Part shown: piece after piece, positions 12,757 through 24,390 of the stretch | Numbering within the stretch: position 1 is the stretch's first letter | How the letters are laid out: each line of letters begins with the position of its first letter | Assembly (NCBI RefSeq): GCF_011745625.1 | Contig: NW_027191458.1 | Location: 682,001 to 746,000 of the forward strand | Length of the DNA: 64,000 nt | From: Cladosporium halotolerans | Lineage: Eukaryota | Direction: 5' to 3' | Made by a program: the position numbers and the translations under genes | Notes under the pieces: model-generated | Told to the model about the DNA's origin: nothing | What the model saw: the letters and a program-made list of their open reading frames with translations, nothing else | The model's database searches: none

Positions 12757-13491
12757 ACTGGACAGCATGACTTTTCTTCGGAAAGAGATAGAAAAGCGAT
12801 CGTCGTCGGTCAGGCGTGTGATCACTGAATGAAGTGTGTCGGCAATGAGTGGCATCAGGCCACAGCACGCCCACCAGCGACGATCTTCGAGAAGAGAGCG
12901 TGCTGCGCCGCTGCAGAAGTGATGATGATGCGGAGACCTGCGAGGCGAACAGGAGCGGCTGCAAGGGTTGAATTGAGGAGTGTACTATATTGTAAATCCA
13001 ATACAAGCAAGATATGAGCGTTCACATCTATGAGGGTTCGAAGTGCAAGACCACGGACAGCTCTATGAAAACGGAAAGGTCGTTAATGGTCAGGTATGGT
13101 TTCTAGGCCTTCTCGACAATAGGTCGCTATCACCATGGCACGCGCCTCGTGTGAGAGGCAACCTTGTTGGTTACATTGTATTTCTGTTCTATAAGCCGCG
13201 ATTAAAGCTCTATCTCTCGCGAGCACAAGAGACCCGCACGGAATCAGGTTTACACAGATCTGAAGACTCAATCCGAATTGAATTGGCTTATCGTGTTACA
13301 GCGCGTTCTTCAGCCTGATTACTGTAGACCATAACATCCTTTTCTTCCATTAATCGTAACCAAAAAAGCATCTCGGCGGAAGTTGCCGAGGTTGTCCACG
13401 ACGTCGCGCGTTGCATCAACCCCACGCCGACCACAACACGTAACTTGCTTCACAAATCCACGACAGCTGGCGACAAGGCATTCGATCCAGC

Positions 13492-15963
13492 ATGTCAGCA
13501 GCTTTGACGCCTGCAGTCCTGCAGTACGTCGAGACAGGCGCCTACCCTGAAAGCGAACATGTCGTCACCGCCGACCTTCAATCCGATTCCCTGGCCGACA
13601 TTCTCCAGGCTCTCCGGAAAGAGCAGCAGGGCGTCAAGCAGGAAATCCGTTCATTAAGCAAAGAGACTGCGCCCGACATCGATACATGGATCTCAAGGGC
13701 GAAAGAATTACAGGTGGACATCCAACGCTCAAGAGACACAGCACGAGAGATCGTAGCTCAGGCACAAGCGGGCAAGGAGTTGAAAGCGAAGGTCCAGGAC
13801 TCAGGGAACAAGGTTGCGCTCTTGGAAAAGGAGGTCAACTTCAATGAGACATTGACTGGGACTCTGGAGCACATACGATATGCAAGCGGCGTCTTGTACA
13901 AGGCTCAAGACGAGGCTGTCAAAGGCCGCATTCCAAAGGCCTTGGAAAGGTTGGAACAAGCGGAGTCATCGATCGATGGCCTACAGGTCGTAGGTGGCTC
14001 GAAAGCTGTTGCCATCTTGACCAAGCGAGCTGCTGAGTTGAGAGAAAGTCTTCAAGAGTCGACTCTTGCCTGCTGGAATAAATTTGTGGATGTTCGCTAC
14101 GACGCCAAATCTATCACGATTCACAGCCGTCGGGATGACCTACCTGAAGTCACCATAGACAACATTGCGGCTGCTGCGCCTGCCTTAGAGGTGTTCGATC
14201 GACTAGTTCAAAAGCTTAGCAACGACATCCACCGCGCCATCTTGAAACCATTGATTTCTCGGGCCCCTAGCTCTCTGGCGATAGACGGGGAAACGATCAC
14301 TTGCGAAACCGTGTCAGGCAACGGAACTAAGCCAGATGCCTTCTCAGACCTCAAAAAGGTCGTAAAGTTCTTCACCGAGAAGCTGCCGAAAGATGTCAGC
14401 ATACCTCTCTCCCGTCTGCTTGTGCCTGCCATGAGTTCTCGGCTTGATGCCTACGTGCTCGAACCCTCGATTCCGCTGGATATGTCACACATGGGCTCTT
14501 TCCAGGGCACGCTGAATGGCGTCCAGGAGTTTGTCGATTTTCTCGATGGCCAACATTGGGAAAATGCAACCGAGCTCCGCGAATGGGTTGGGCACGCTCC
14601 AAGATCATGGCTTACCAAGAGGAGAGAGGCCCTACTTGGCGACATTCGCAACCTAGTCTTTTCCGGCCTGAATGACAAGAAGACTGTCGAGCGCGTTGAA
14701 ACTCAGATGGTCAGCCACGGTGACGTCTCAGTGGAGCCTGAAGGGGACGATGATTGGGATACGGCGTGGGATGAGCCTGAGGAAGCCGTGGTGGAGTCCT
14801 CGACTAAAGAGGCCAGCGCGCCGAACAACAACGACGACGATGATGATGATGGAAGCGCTTGGGATACGGAGGATCTTGAAGACGACAAGAAGGCCGACGA
14901 AGACGGCGGAGAAGATGCTTGGGGTTGGGGCGACGAGGACGGTTCACAGAAAACATCGAGCCCCGTGCTTGGGAAGAAGCAACCCGCAAAGGCTGATAAT
15001 GGCAACAAGGCCCCCACCAAGCCGACTGAACAGGAGATGACTTTGAGAGAGACTTACACCGTTACTGCCATCCCTGATGGCATTTTGGAGGCGATACAGC
15101 AAGTAATCTCTGATGCTGAGATTCTTGCCGGGCCAGAATTCTCGTCGTCTCCTGTCAAGCCTGCTGCAGCGGGTCTCTATTCGCTTCCGACACTCGCTTT
15201 GGCGATTTATCGAGCCACATCGTCAACTGCTTATACGAAATTAGAGACAGGCAACATGCTGATCTACAATGACGCGTCGCGCCTGTCGGACCAACTTCGA
15301 GCATGGCAAGCTGACAAACCACAAACGTCCCGTCTACGACTGGACAACGACGTGAAAGCCCTCGACCAGTTTGCAAAGCGAGCCTACAGCGCCGAGATGG
15401 AGTCTCAGCGCATCATCCTTCGTGATTTACTCGACGGCGCTCAAGGTTTCGCAAATTGCACCACCGAACCGTTCAAAGGCGAATGCGAAGGTGCCATCGA
15501 GCAGACTATCCATCGCCTCCACGAAGTCCACAAGCAATGGCAACCTGTGCTTGCTCAATCAGCCCTTCGTCAATCCCTGGGATCGCTGCTGTCCACTGCT
15601 GCCGCGAAGATTATCTCTGATATCGAGGATCTCAGCGACATCGGAGATGCAGACTCCAAGCAATTGAAGGCCTTGCTTGACCGCGTGACCGATCTCAAAT
15701 CGATCTTCGCTCAGGAAGACCCCAACACTGGAGAAATGTCCGATATGACTTTCATCTACTGTCCCAACTGGCTGAAGTTCCAGTATCTCGCCGAAATTCT
15801 GGAATCAAGCCTGGCGGATATCAAATACCTCTGGAAAGAGGGAGAGCTAAGCCTCGAATTTGATGCGGAAGAGGTCGTTGATTTGATCGAAGCCCTGTTT
15901 GCGGACAGTGATCTTAGGAGGAGGGCTGCATCCGAGATCAAGAGAGGTGGCGCGAGGCGATGA
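13492..15963 (+). CDS. ZW10/Dsl1 retrograde tethering protein
   Basis: 823 aa; acidic Trp-rich lasso-like segment (DDWDTAWDE, DAWGWGDE); C-terminal WLKFQYLAEILESSLADIKYLW...EVVDLIEALF. Confidence 0.85.
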   Translation: MSAALTPAVLQYVETGAYPESEHVVTADLQSDSLADILQALRKEQQGVKQEIRSLSKETAPDIDTWISRAKELQVDIQRSRDTAREIVAQAQAGKELKAKVQDSGNKVALLEKEVNFNETLTGTLEHIRYASGVLYKAQDEAVKGRIPKALERLEQAESSIDGLQVVGGSKAVAILTKRAAELRESLQESTLACWNKFVDVRYDAKSITIHSRRDDLPEVTIDNIAAAAPALEVFDRLVQKLSNDIHRAILKPLISRAPSSLAIDGETITCETVSGNGTKPDAFSDLKKVVKFFTEKLPKDVSIPLSRLLVPAMSSRLDAYVLEPSIPLDMSHMGSFQGTLNGVQEFVDFLDGQHWENATELREWVGHAPRSWLTKRREALLGDIRNLVFSGLNDKKTVERVETQMVSHGDVSVEPEGDDDWDTAWDEPEEAVVESSTKEASAPNNNDDDDDDGSAWDTEDLEDDKKADEDGGEDAWGWGDEDGSQKTSSPVLGKKQPAKADNGNKAPTKPTEQEMTLRETYTVTAIPDGILEAIQQVISDAEILAGPEFSSSPVKPAAAGLYSLPTLALAIYRATSSTAYTKLETGNMLIYNDASRLSDQLRAWQADKPQTSRLRLDNDVKALDQFAKRAYSAEMESQRIILRDLLDGAQGFANCTTEPFKGECEGAIEQTIHRLHEVHKQWQPVLAQSALRQSLGSLLSTAAAKIISDIEDLSDIGDADSKQLKALLDRVTDLKSIFAQEDPNTGEMSDMTFIYCPNWLKFQYLAEILESSLADIKYLWKEGELSLEFDAEEVVDLIEALFADSDLRRRAASEIKRGGARR

Positions 15964-16824
15964 AGTGAAACTCTTGCAACAGCTATGTCGTTGCGCTTCC
16001 CAGCCAAAAGACATACCGCTCTTTCCTTCAGCTGAAGTCTTTGCAGACCTGCGATGTGCACGCACGGGCATTGTAACCTAATGATCTATTCGAAGTACAA
16101 AGCACACAGCACAATCGTCCAAGCAATCAAGCGGCCACTGACACAGGGGAAGGCATGTCTGCCTCAGAGCCTGGTCAGCATGCGAATGACCCGCTGCGTA
16201 TGATCGGTATTCCTCTAGACACTGACCAGCGTCAAGCCCAACCTCAAGGTCAGGCACCTAGCCAACGTGAGGCTTAGAGGGGCAACAATCAATGACACAG
16301 CTGGTGATATCCGATGCACTGCGTAAACACGTTACAACTTGGGTGGCAAACTTTGATGGCAATGGCTAAGTGCTAGGAGGGTGTGGATGGATAGCATCTC
16401 AAGAATTGCCAGGTCATTGGTGCTCGGGAGGAGTGCGAGGATATATACGTACCCGATTGTGGTCCACATCCCCTCGGCGAAGCTAGCGAAGAAAGCTTTG
16501 GAGTCTCTCACTCAAGCTCAGCGGCCTCGCTTAGTCATGTATAGACCTGCTCGAATGACAATCGAAAGCGCGTCTAGCGACCAGTTTTGCATTCATACCA
16601 GACAAATGGTGACGTAGATACGAGTTGGAAACGTAGTTATAGCAATAGCTCTTTGACCCTCGTTTTCCCTCGTGATGCCGTTGTTGAGCTTTTGCTAATG
16701 CACGGTAGAGCATTCACAGGGAAATTGATCAACATAGAAGCAACCCAATCTTGCAGTGGGTCTCCTCTCATTGTGTTGTAATCTAAGATTTCGTCAATTG
16801 ATCATCAAGCTAATCCAGATCTGC

Positions 16825-18195
16825 TCAATACGATGATTGGTCATTCCTGGAACTGCAGTCAGTGACATGTACAACATGCTACGGCTCGTATTGCGTAGGA
16901 ACTCACCAGTAGAGGGTCTCATGTTGCACCTCAGGTCCGGTCTGCTGAAAATCCCACCCGAACACTAGCTTGATATACTGCATGAGATGGCTTGCCACCT
17001 TCAGGTGACCAACATCTGTAGGATGATATTGTGGTGCAATATCGTTGTGCTGTAGAATCCCGGTGGTATCGAAATAATATACTTTGCACCTGGCGCACTC
17101 TCCTCTTTCGTTGAGCGTGCCGTTATTGAAGTATTTTACCACGTCCTGAATCTCCGTCAAGAAGGCGTTGCCTTGGACGAATGTTGAGGCCGATGCCGAG
17201 AAACCCGCCCAGAGACTTAAAACGATTACATCAGTCTCGGGCCATTTTTGCTGGATCTCTGAGATAAGCTCGATGTAGCTTTGCTTGAACTGTGCTGCAG
17301 TGATGTTGTTCGCCGGATTATTGTCGTTAGTACCCAGATTGATCAATGTGATATCAGCTGCCGGTCGAGACGAAAAATCCCACAAGGGCGGGTCGTCTCC
17401 ATAGAGATCAAGAGCTCTTCCGCCTGTGTCGGAAGTCCTCAACCATTGATAGGTCTGCCCGCGCATGTTGTCTGCCAGAGAACAATTAGTCGGATACTCG
17501 GATCAAGGATTCATCCAACTTAGCGCACCATAGCAACGGCTATCATGCAAGCAAATACCTGGGTATGCCGTGATACTGAATTCCACGTTACCGAGGCCGT
17601 ACATTAGCCCCCATGGGTTACTACTAATCCCCTCTAGTGTGGCGTACTGCCCAGCCGAGAGCGAGTCTCCAATGAACTCCATTGTCCGTGTGTAATCAGG
17701 AATCTTGACAAGAGAACAGTTGCCACCACGGACGTGGACGGCGCTCAATTGAACGCCGTAAGCCCAATTGGTGACCCGAAACTCCAGAGTTCTGGTAGCC
17801 GACGCTGAAGTTGAATTGTAGCCTTGAGTGGTTGGCTCGATTAGATGCTGGGTCGAATTGGCGGTGACATTTGTGAGCGTCCAGTCTTGCCCATCAAGTC
17901 GATACGCGATGAGGACACCCTCCGTAGTGTGAGGGCCAAAACTCACAGCTACGTCGCTAGCATGGAACCCGAACTTCAACCCAGGCGCGGACCACCACGA
18001 GATGTGTTGATCATCCCAGCGGCCTTTGTAGGAAAGCTCACTTGCGTTTGGAGGATAGGTACGCCAATCATGGTCCGACGGCAGTATTGCATTTATGGCT
18101 GTGGAGGGATAGTCGGATGGGCGGATTTGGCCGTTCTGCAGTATGGTGGCTGCAGCAATGCCCGCTAATGTCGAAATTGAGAAGAGAGCTCTCAT
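16825..18195 (-). CDS. Secreted SGNH/GDSL hydrolase, carbohydrate esterase family 2-like
   Basis: Signal peptide MRALFSISTLAGIAAA, YKGRW, FIGDSLSAG, INLGTND, QYHPTDVGH (no Asp before the His, as in the CE2 dyad); introns 17472-17528 and about 16847-16906. Confidence 0.82.
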
Positions 18196-19251
18196 TGCTT
18201 GAGAACAACAATGGGATCCTTGAGACGAATGTAGAGTCTGCTGAGAAGAGAACGCAAGAGAAAGTGGGTTGTAAAAGGCTTGATCGTATATCGCAACAAG
18301 AGTCTTCCAAGTATTGACTTCGGTCGATCGAGTCGGTCGTACGCACCCCAACAAAGAAGATCCACCAACAGGCGGCGGCATTGAATGAGGTCGCCATCTT
18401 AGAGTGCTAACCCTCACCCGGGAGGCTGATCTCCGGCACAAACGCGGCCTCTCGGTTCCGTAGGAAGAGGGGTACAGCACGGTTCAAAAGGATGTGCCGC
18501 ACGGAAAAATTGGAGAAACGAGTAGCGAGCGAGCATCATTACTCACGTACAGATTTGATCGATGGGATTTGCATATACGCGGCGGGGTAAAACTTGAACC
18601 TACCGTCGCCGTGTGAACGCCGCCAAAGTGAGGCGTGATGAAGGGGTCTCATTCACGTTATCGCCGCTATATCCGAAGTCAATGAGAAAGGTCCATTTGT
18701 GTTTCCTAGACCATCTGCTTCCAATTCTTATGAATGCATTTAGCGGGGGAGTCTTGATTATCGATTTATCGGTCCGTTACCACTTAGGTCTGCAACGTAT
18801 TTGGCGTCTCCATGTTGGTTCATAGATCCAGAGCGGCCTCAGTCTGGCTCTGGACTTGGAACGCTACGATGACCGGCATTCAAATCTCCATCCACCGAGA
18901 GAACAAAGGTGGTGTATAAAGCACGCTGTGATTATGATTTACAGGGCCCCAGCATAGCACATGGCTTCCGAACTCTTTTTTCTATTATTGTCTTAAATGA
19001 ATGGCTGGCTTGCATTGTCCTCTTTGTTGAACAGGCACTGCTCCCATTGTTGTCAAGTTAAAGCTCATTGACCAGAGTGTGCCCGACTTCTTTGTCGCTG
19101 CAGTGTCTCATATGGTGGTCTACTGCCCCGACACCGCGAAAAATGACTGGATCAAATGTTCCGACATTCTTCATCTCCTGCTGAACTGTACCAGGCGCCG
19201 GCCGCTATACCACCAATCTCTCTCCGGAACATAACGTTCGTTCCCACCAAG

Positions 19252-20490
19252 ATGCTTCCTTACCTCACAGTCTTGAAGTTGGCCAAGAAGGCTTACAACT
19301 ACCGTGAGTCGCGCAAGAATGGCGGCGTCGACATTGAGGCTAAGCCTAAGAGGCCAATGTCAGCAAACGGCAAGTTGCGCTTGGCTGCGGTCCTCCCAAT
19401 CACGATCACAGGAATCGCATTCATCCTCTCCATCCTTTGCGTTTACGCTGGAAGTAAGCCAGGGATGATGAACGATTACGCTGTCTTTACTCTCAACACC
19501 TCACGCATTGGAGAAAACGTCCTCAAGGACATCAACGGCAAGATACAGTCCGTCCACCTCGACTTCAAGCGTGCGGAGCCTGAACCAGCATCCGTTCCCG
19601 TGGCAATGATCACCCCTGCTCCTACCACCCTGGTTACCCTTATGGAGCGCGACATTTTGTCGGATCTTGAAAGCTTCACGTCGGAACGCGGTTCGAAAGT
19701 CACCTCCAAGGCCAGCTCTTTAAAGTCTCAGGTTACCAGTAAGGCTTCTTCGGCGGAATCTGCGGCCAAGAGCAAGGCGAGCTCCGCCGTCGGAGCAGCG
19801 CAAACCAAGCTCGTCGAGGCTGTCAACAAGGCTTATCGCAGTGCTATCGAGGGTTTGGATCTCCAAGACTTTTACAATGTCCACATCTCCTCCAGCTGTA
19901 CTGGGACTTACGAGTACAAAGACGGGAAGAACTACACCACCGGCGACAGCGGCTCCAAGCTTGACGAGCTTCGTCCTCAAGTCGACAGTTGCGAGGCACA
20001 TTCAGCCTTGAACCCGTTCCAGCTGGTTCGTATCCTCTATTGGATCGGCGTCGTTCTGACCGCAATTGCGCTCGTCCTTGGACTTGTCGGTATCGCTAAG
20101 CCCGCTAAGAAGATGGCCATGATCAACATTATCGGCACACTTCCCGCGGTCGTCATGATGGGGCTTGCATCAGCAGTCACTCATGGAATGGCAGTTGGCG
20201 CAGCGCACCTCATCACCTTCGTCGGCGACAAGATCGCTATTACGGGAACGGCAGGCCAGAAGTTCATCCAGCTCACGTGGGCGACCACAGTCATGCTGCT
20301 AGTCAATATGATCATGTGGGCGCTGTTGCTTTTCTTGATCAAACGAATGGCAAAGAATGATGGCGGTAGTGGCACAACTTGGGGTAGAAAGAGACCGGAC
20401 AGGACAAGCACCATTGCCATGGGGCCTGTGCCTGAGATCTCTCAGCCGCTGCCTATCCACACCGACCGTAACGGACATCCGATGTTCTGA
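19252..20490 (+). CDS. SUR7/PalI-family four-TM membrane protein
   Basis: Four hydrophobic segments, LNTSRIG, DFYNVHISSSCTG loop motif; in-frame upstream ATG at 19156 also possible. Confidence 0.75.
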   Translation: MLPYLTVLKLAKKAYNYRESRKNGGVDIEAKPKRPMSANGKLRLAAVLPITITGIAFILSILCVYAGSKPGMMNDYAVFTLNTSRIGENVLKDINGKIQSVHLDFKRAEPEPASVPVAMITPAPTTLVTLMERDILSDLESFTSERGSKVTSKASSLKSQVTSKASSAESAAKSKASSAVGAAQTKLVEAVNKAYRSAIEGLDLQDFYNVHISSSCTGTYEYKDGKNYTTGDSGSKLDELRPQVDSCEAHSALNPFQLVRILYWIGVVLTAIALVLGLVGIAKPAKKMAMINIIGTLPAVVMMGLASAVTHGMAVGAAHLITFVGDKIAITGTAGQKFIQLTWATTVMLLVNMIMWALLLFLIKRMAKNDGGSGTTWGRKRPDRTSTIAMGPVPEISQPLPIHTDRNGHPMF

Positions 20491-21755
20491 AGAGCTTGAT
20501 TTTCGCGCGTGGGGATAAATGTTTGTGTCAACGCATATTAGACGTTTTGAATCTTTCAAAGTAATGAAATCAATTTCCAATGTTGTTGTTGTGAAGTTCG
20601 AAGGTGAGGTACGCCCATCTGAGCGCCGGCGTCGGAAGCTCGCGAGTCAGTCAGCACGTGATCTTCGGCCCGCTTCGGGTGCCAAGACTTTGCTCCCAGC
20701 TCGAGTATATAGAGCTCTCTCTCCTCGTGCTCCTCTTCTCCCAAGCATCAAAAAGATCAGAGCCAGCCACGACCTAAGCCCGCGCACTGACCCGGTTTTC
20801 TGGGCCAGGCGTCCTACGGCTCAAGGTTGCCAGTCTCCTACGGGAGGCGTGGCTCTGTAGAGAGATTCTCCTGGATTATAGGAAGCTCGCTTTCCGTTGT
20901 GTCACTTTATTGTGGCGATGGGGAGGGGGTGTCCGAGAAGGGAGTACATTCCATCAACAAGTAGTTTCATTGCGAGCATCTCGCCTGGAAGAGTCAGCAC
21001 ACAATGTGTCTCCTTCTAGAGCGGCTGCCACGTGCTTTGGCAGAGACGGCAGCTTAGAAAGACTGCTCAACCCCTTGTGCATCTGTCCACAGTGTCCTAA
21101 GCTGCTTTCCCTAGCGAGACGAGCAAGAGCAGTCTGGCATGAGACCTCCAGGTAAGGATGCGGGAAAGCTTCCATTATCCTTCTCCGTCTGCCGCAGCAG
21201 GGTCAGCAGCACGTGACTGTCGAAGTACCTGCAAAGAATGGCTCCTACACCAGTGTGATTTGACGACCAGCCTCAAAGCAAGTAGACGGGCTCAACAAGG
21301 TACCAAAGAGCATGCGCGCCCCTGGTGAGCCTTGCACTTACGTAGACGGCGGCGGGCGGCAAGGTCGTCGCAAAATCAAATACTTCATCTTCAGATGTGC
21401 CGGCTACGATCCTTGCAGCGGCTGGCGCCCGCTGGAAGCCGGTCTAGGCCACGCTCCAACCCAGGACCCTCATGCACGACATATCATCGTTTCCCCTTCA
21501 GTCTTTCTTCCGCCGCCGCGACGGTCTGAGATCTTGAGCCTGCGGGTCATTGCTGTTTGGCGTGACACGCGTGCCCGAATCGTGTGTTGGGCGCAAACGC
21601 GGCCTTTTGTAAATCGCCAGGTTTTTTCTTACCTACCTCCGATCCTATGACCCTTCACGCCATACCTCACCCGGACGTCTAGGGTTCTCGCCATACCGCA
21701 CCTTGGAGGTTGGCACTCTGCTCGCGTGTTACAAGACTACTACCGGTTAGCCAAT

Positions 21756-23070
21756 ATGCACTACAGTGAGTATCATGCCGTTGGTGTGGCGTTGTTCGGG
21801 CAGGTGGTGGGCATTTTGATCAATGCTGCCCTCGACCAAAAGTCACGCTAGGATCTATGATCAACGTTCTAATGAAGTCTCAGTCCGCTTTCTTCGCCCG
21901 CCTAAGGTGCATAACGATAAGAACACTGTCCAGCTGAAGGCCGTTGTCACTGTTACCACGGACCTTGGCGAGACCTTCTTCCCAGAGGACGCCGAACTCA
22001 TCGCCACTATCAGGGAGACTGCACACGATGGTGAAGTCTACCTCAGACGAAAGTTCCAATGGTCTGGCGGAGCTCGATCGTTGCCCATAATCCTCGACGT
22101 CTCGCGCAATGACATTGACTGGCCAGCGTGTCTGCACGTTGGCGTAAAAGTTTCAAAGGGGAAAGGTCCCGGTTTCTTGCCACCTGTTGTTGACGCTTGG
22201 AGCGGAGAACTTGACCCTACCAAGGGTCAATTAGACAGCGGTTGGCGGGTAGAGCGACGATTCACGCCGCTGAATGAGCGCCCTGTGTCTCTGATTGAAG
22301 ATGCAGGAGACAGCATTGCTCGCCATCTGTGGGACGGGAGTCAAGCACTCGCTCAGATCATCGACGACACAATCTCTCTCGAGAACACTACTACCCCCCT
22401 TCCTCTTCTGGAGTACCTTCTGGTGTCCGCTACTTACCGCCGTCTAAATGCAATAGAGCTCGGCTGCGGATGCGGCACTGTCGGCATTGCGCTGGCTCAG
22501 AGTATCCCCGACTGCGATGTGCTTCTGACCGATCTTCCCGAAGTCGACTCATTAGTCGCCGCCAACATCGCCCGCCTCAACCCCGCCATCAACTCTAAAG
22601 TGACTTTCCACGCGCTGGACTGGGAGGCACCCCTCCCAAAAGGCGTGCACTCTCGCGTTCACGATCTCATCATCGTCTCGGAATGTACCTACAACACCGA
22701 CACACTGCAACCTCTTGTCAACACACTCAAGGCACTCATCACACGCAGCCCGAAAGCAATCATCGTCGTCTCGACCAAAACCCGCCACGATAGTGAAGCG
22801 GCCTTCTTCGACCTCATGAAAGAAGCAGATTTCATCCAAGATGGGAGCATGCGCATGCCCCTACCTGGCGTTCCGGGCTCCGGCTACGCAGACTGGGCTA
22901 CGGACGTCGGCATCCACATCTTCCACGGCAAAAACCACAGACTGAGCCTGAGTCCACGCGGCAGCGACCAAGATGTGCCGAAAGCAAAGGAGGCGATCGC
23001 TGCGGCGAATGGGAGGGTAAGGAAAGCTGCTGCGGGTGCAGAGGATGACGCTAAGGGTACGAACTCATGA
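21756..23070 (+). CDS. Methyltransferase family 16 (METTL21-like) SAM-dependent protein methyltransferase
   Basis: Spliced start MHYIRFLRPP (intron 21766-21883), SIARHLWD, IELGCGCGTVG, LTDL, LDWE, SECTYN. Confidence 0.85.
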
Positions 23071-23214
23071 CATCTCTTCTTTGTTGGCTGTGTCTGGCGT
23101 TTTGGCTTTTGGTTTCATTTTCTAATTTGACCTGCTTCTTTTGCATCTAGCAGGCACGAAACGTACGAGATTGGAATGAAGAGGCTAAAGATGATGCGTT
23201 ACCAATAATCCACA

Positions 23215-23644
23215 ATGGCTGAGGAACGAGGCACTCGGCTGGTTGCCGTCTGCTAGTCGCTAGTCGCCGCCAGCGCTGTCATGCTGTTTCTTCGGGTGTA
23301 CTATAAGCTATAGCGACGAAGGGGCCTGTGGTGGGACGATCACTTTCTGATTATCTCATGGGTAAGTCGCAATATAGACATAGCACCCTTGCAAGAAAAC
23401 GTTAGCTCTAACTCGACCGTGCTTCGTTCTACAGTTTACTCTGGTTATCGCCGTTGCTTTCAACACATATATCGTCTCACTCGGATTCGGCTCGCACATC
23501 TGGACCATCAGCGATGAGAACCTCAAGAAAATCAACCTCGACACCATTATCGTCGCGGCGTTCGGCATCATCTCGACGATAACGGGCAAGACCTCGTTCG
23601 CCATCGCTCTTTACCGCATCACCGAGACTAAATGGATGAAGTGA
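23215..23644 (+). pseudogene. Truncated PTH11-like (fungal rhodopsin-domain) membrane protein pseudogene
   Basis: MAEERGTRLVAVC*SLVAASAVMLFLRVYYKL*RRRGLWWDDHFLIISW, intron 23362-23434, FTLVIAVAF..GFGSHIW..GKTSFAIALYRI; TAG stops at 23254 and 23311. Confidence 0.75.
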
Positions 23645-24218
23645 GGGTCAACGATGTGTTTGGGGTCGCTGGGCCATCTCGGAGAGCGTCATGGAGGCAA
23701 TGGAGTGAATCACGTTGGCCAGAATGATATGGTCGATTTTATTCTGCGCTATTATTTGTCTATCGTTGCGAGATACCAGGTCGGGGAGAATGTTGTTACG
23801 AAGGAAATGTTTTTCTGAGTGTGCAGTGCAAGGCACTTTCGTCTCAAACGTGATACCAGATATCAAACATAAGATCATGACATATACTTCGCCAACTCGC
23901 TGAATTTGAGCGTGATGACACTCGAGTATCGCAAGGAAAGAGATTGACGGCGAACTACGATAACGGAGAGCGTTGAATCGAAAGATGCTCGCACATCATC
24001 ACACAAGCGGCGCATTCGGAAATGCTCAAAACGATAACGGCTCACTGCAGTATCTCCGCGCGCTGTCGATGAGCTCGATGAGCACCCAGAAGTGAAACTT
24101 CGCATTTGTTTTTTCGTGCTACTACAAGCACCACAAAATGCATCATAAAACACTGTAGTACCCATGGTGACGAGCGCATCGAGCGACTGCTTTGATCGCT
24201 AAATGTCCTCAGTGTAAG

Positions 24219-24238
24219 TAGGGTTAGGGTTGGGGTTA
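24219..24238 (+). repeat. Short interstitial telomere-like tract (TAGGGTTAGGGTTGGGGTTA)
   Basis: Seen directly, about 150 bp upstream of the PEX1 ATG. Confidence 0.55.
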
Positions 24239-24390
24239 TGAAGTGTCATGAGCCCGAGCCTCGGCCCGGATCAAAAGCCGAGCAGCCAGACCTCAAGCTG
24301 TCGACCGACAACCCTCGTCTCCAGCGACTCATATCGCAAACTCACATTGTCAATCTCTAAAACATATTGCGGCGCAAGCCCCTAGACAAC

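Noticed and set aside
16150..16620. Broken reading frame (YPIVVHIPS..) faintly resembling a LINE ORF1 relic
   Set aside because: Too short and interrupted; no zinc knuckle, RT or other support
18407..18419. CTAACCCTCACCC as a possible telomerase template
   Set aside because: Imperfect repeat within a divergent promoter; no nearby pseudoknot seen
24141..24160. TA-CAGTG end resembling a Tc1/mariner terminal repeat
   Set aside because: No matching inverted partner or transposase found
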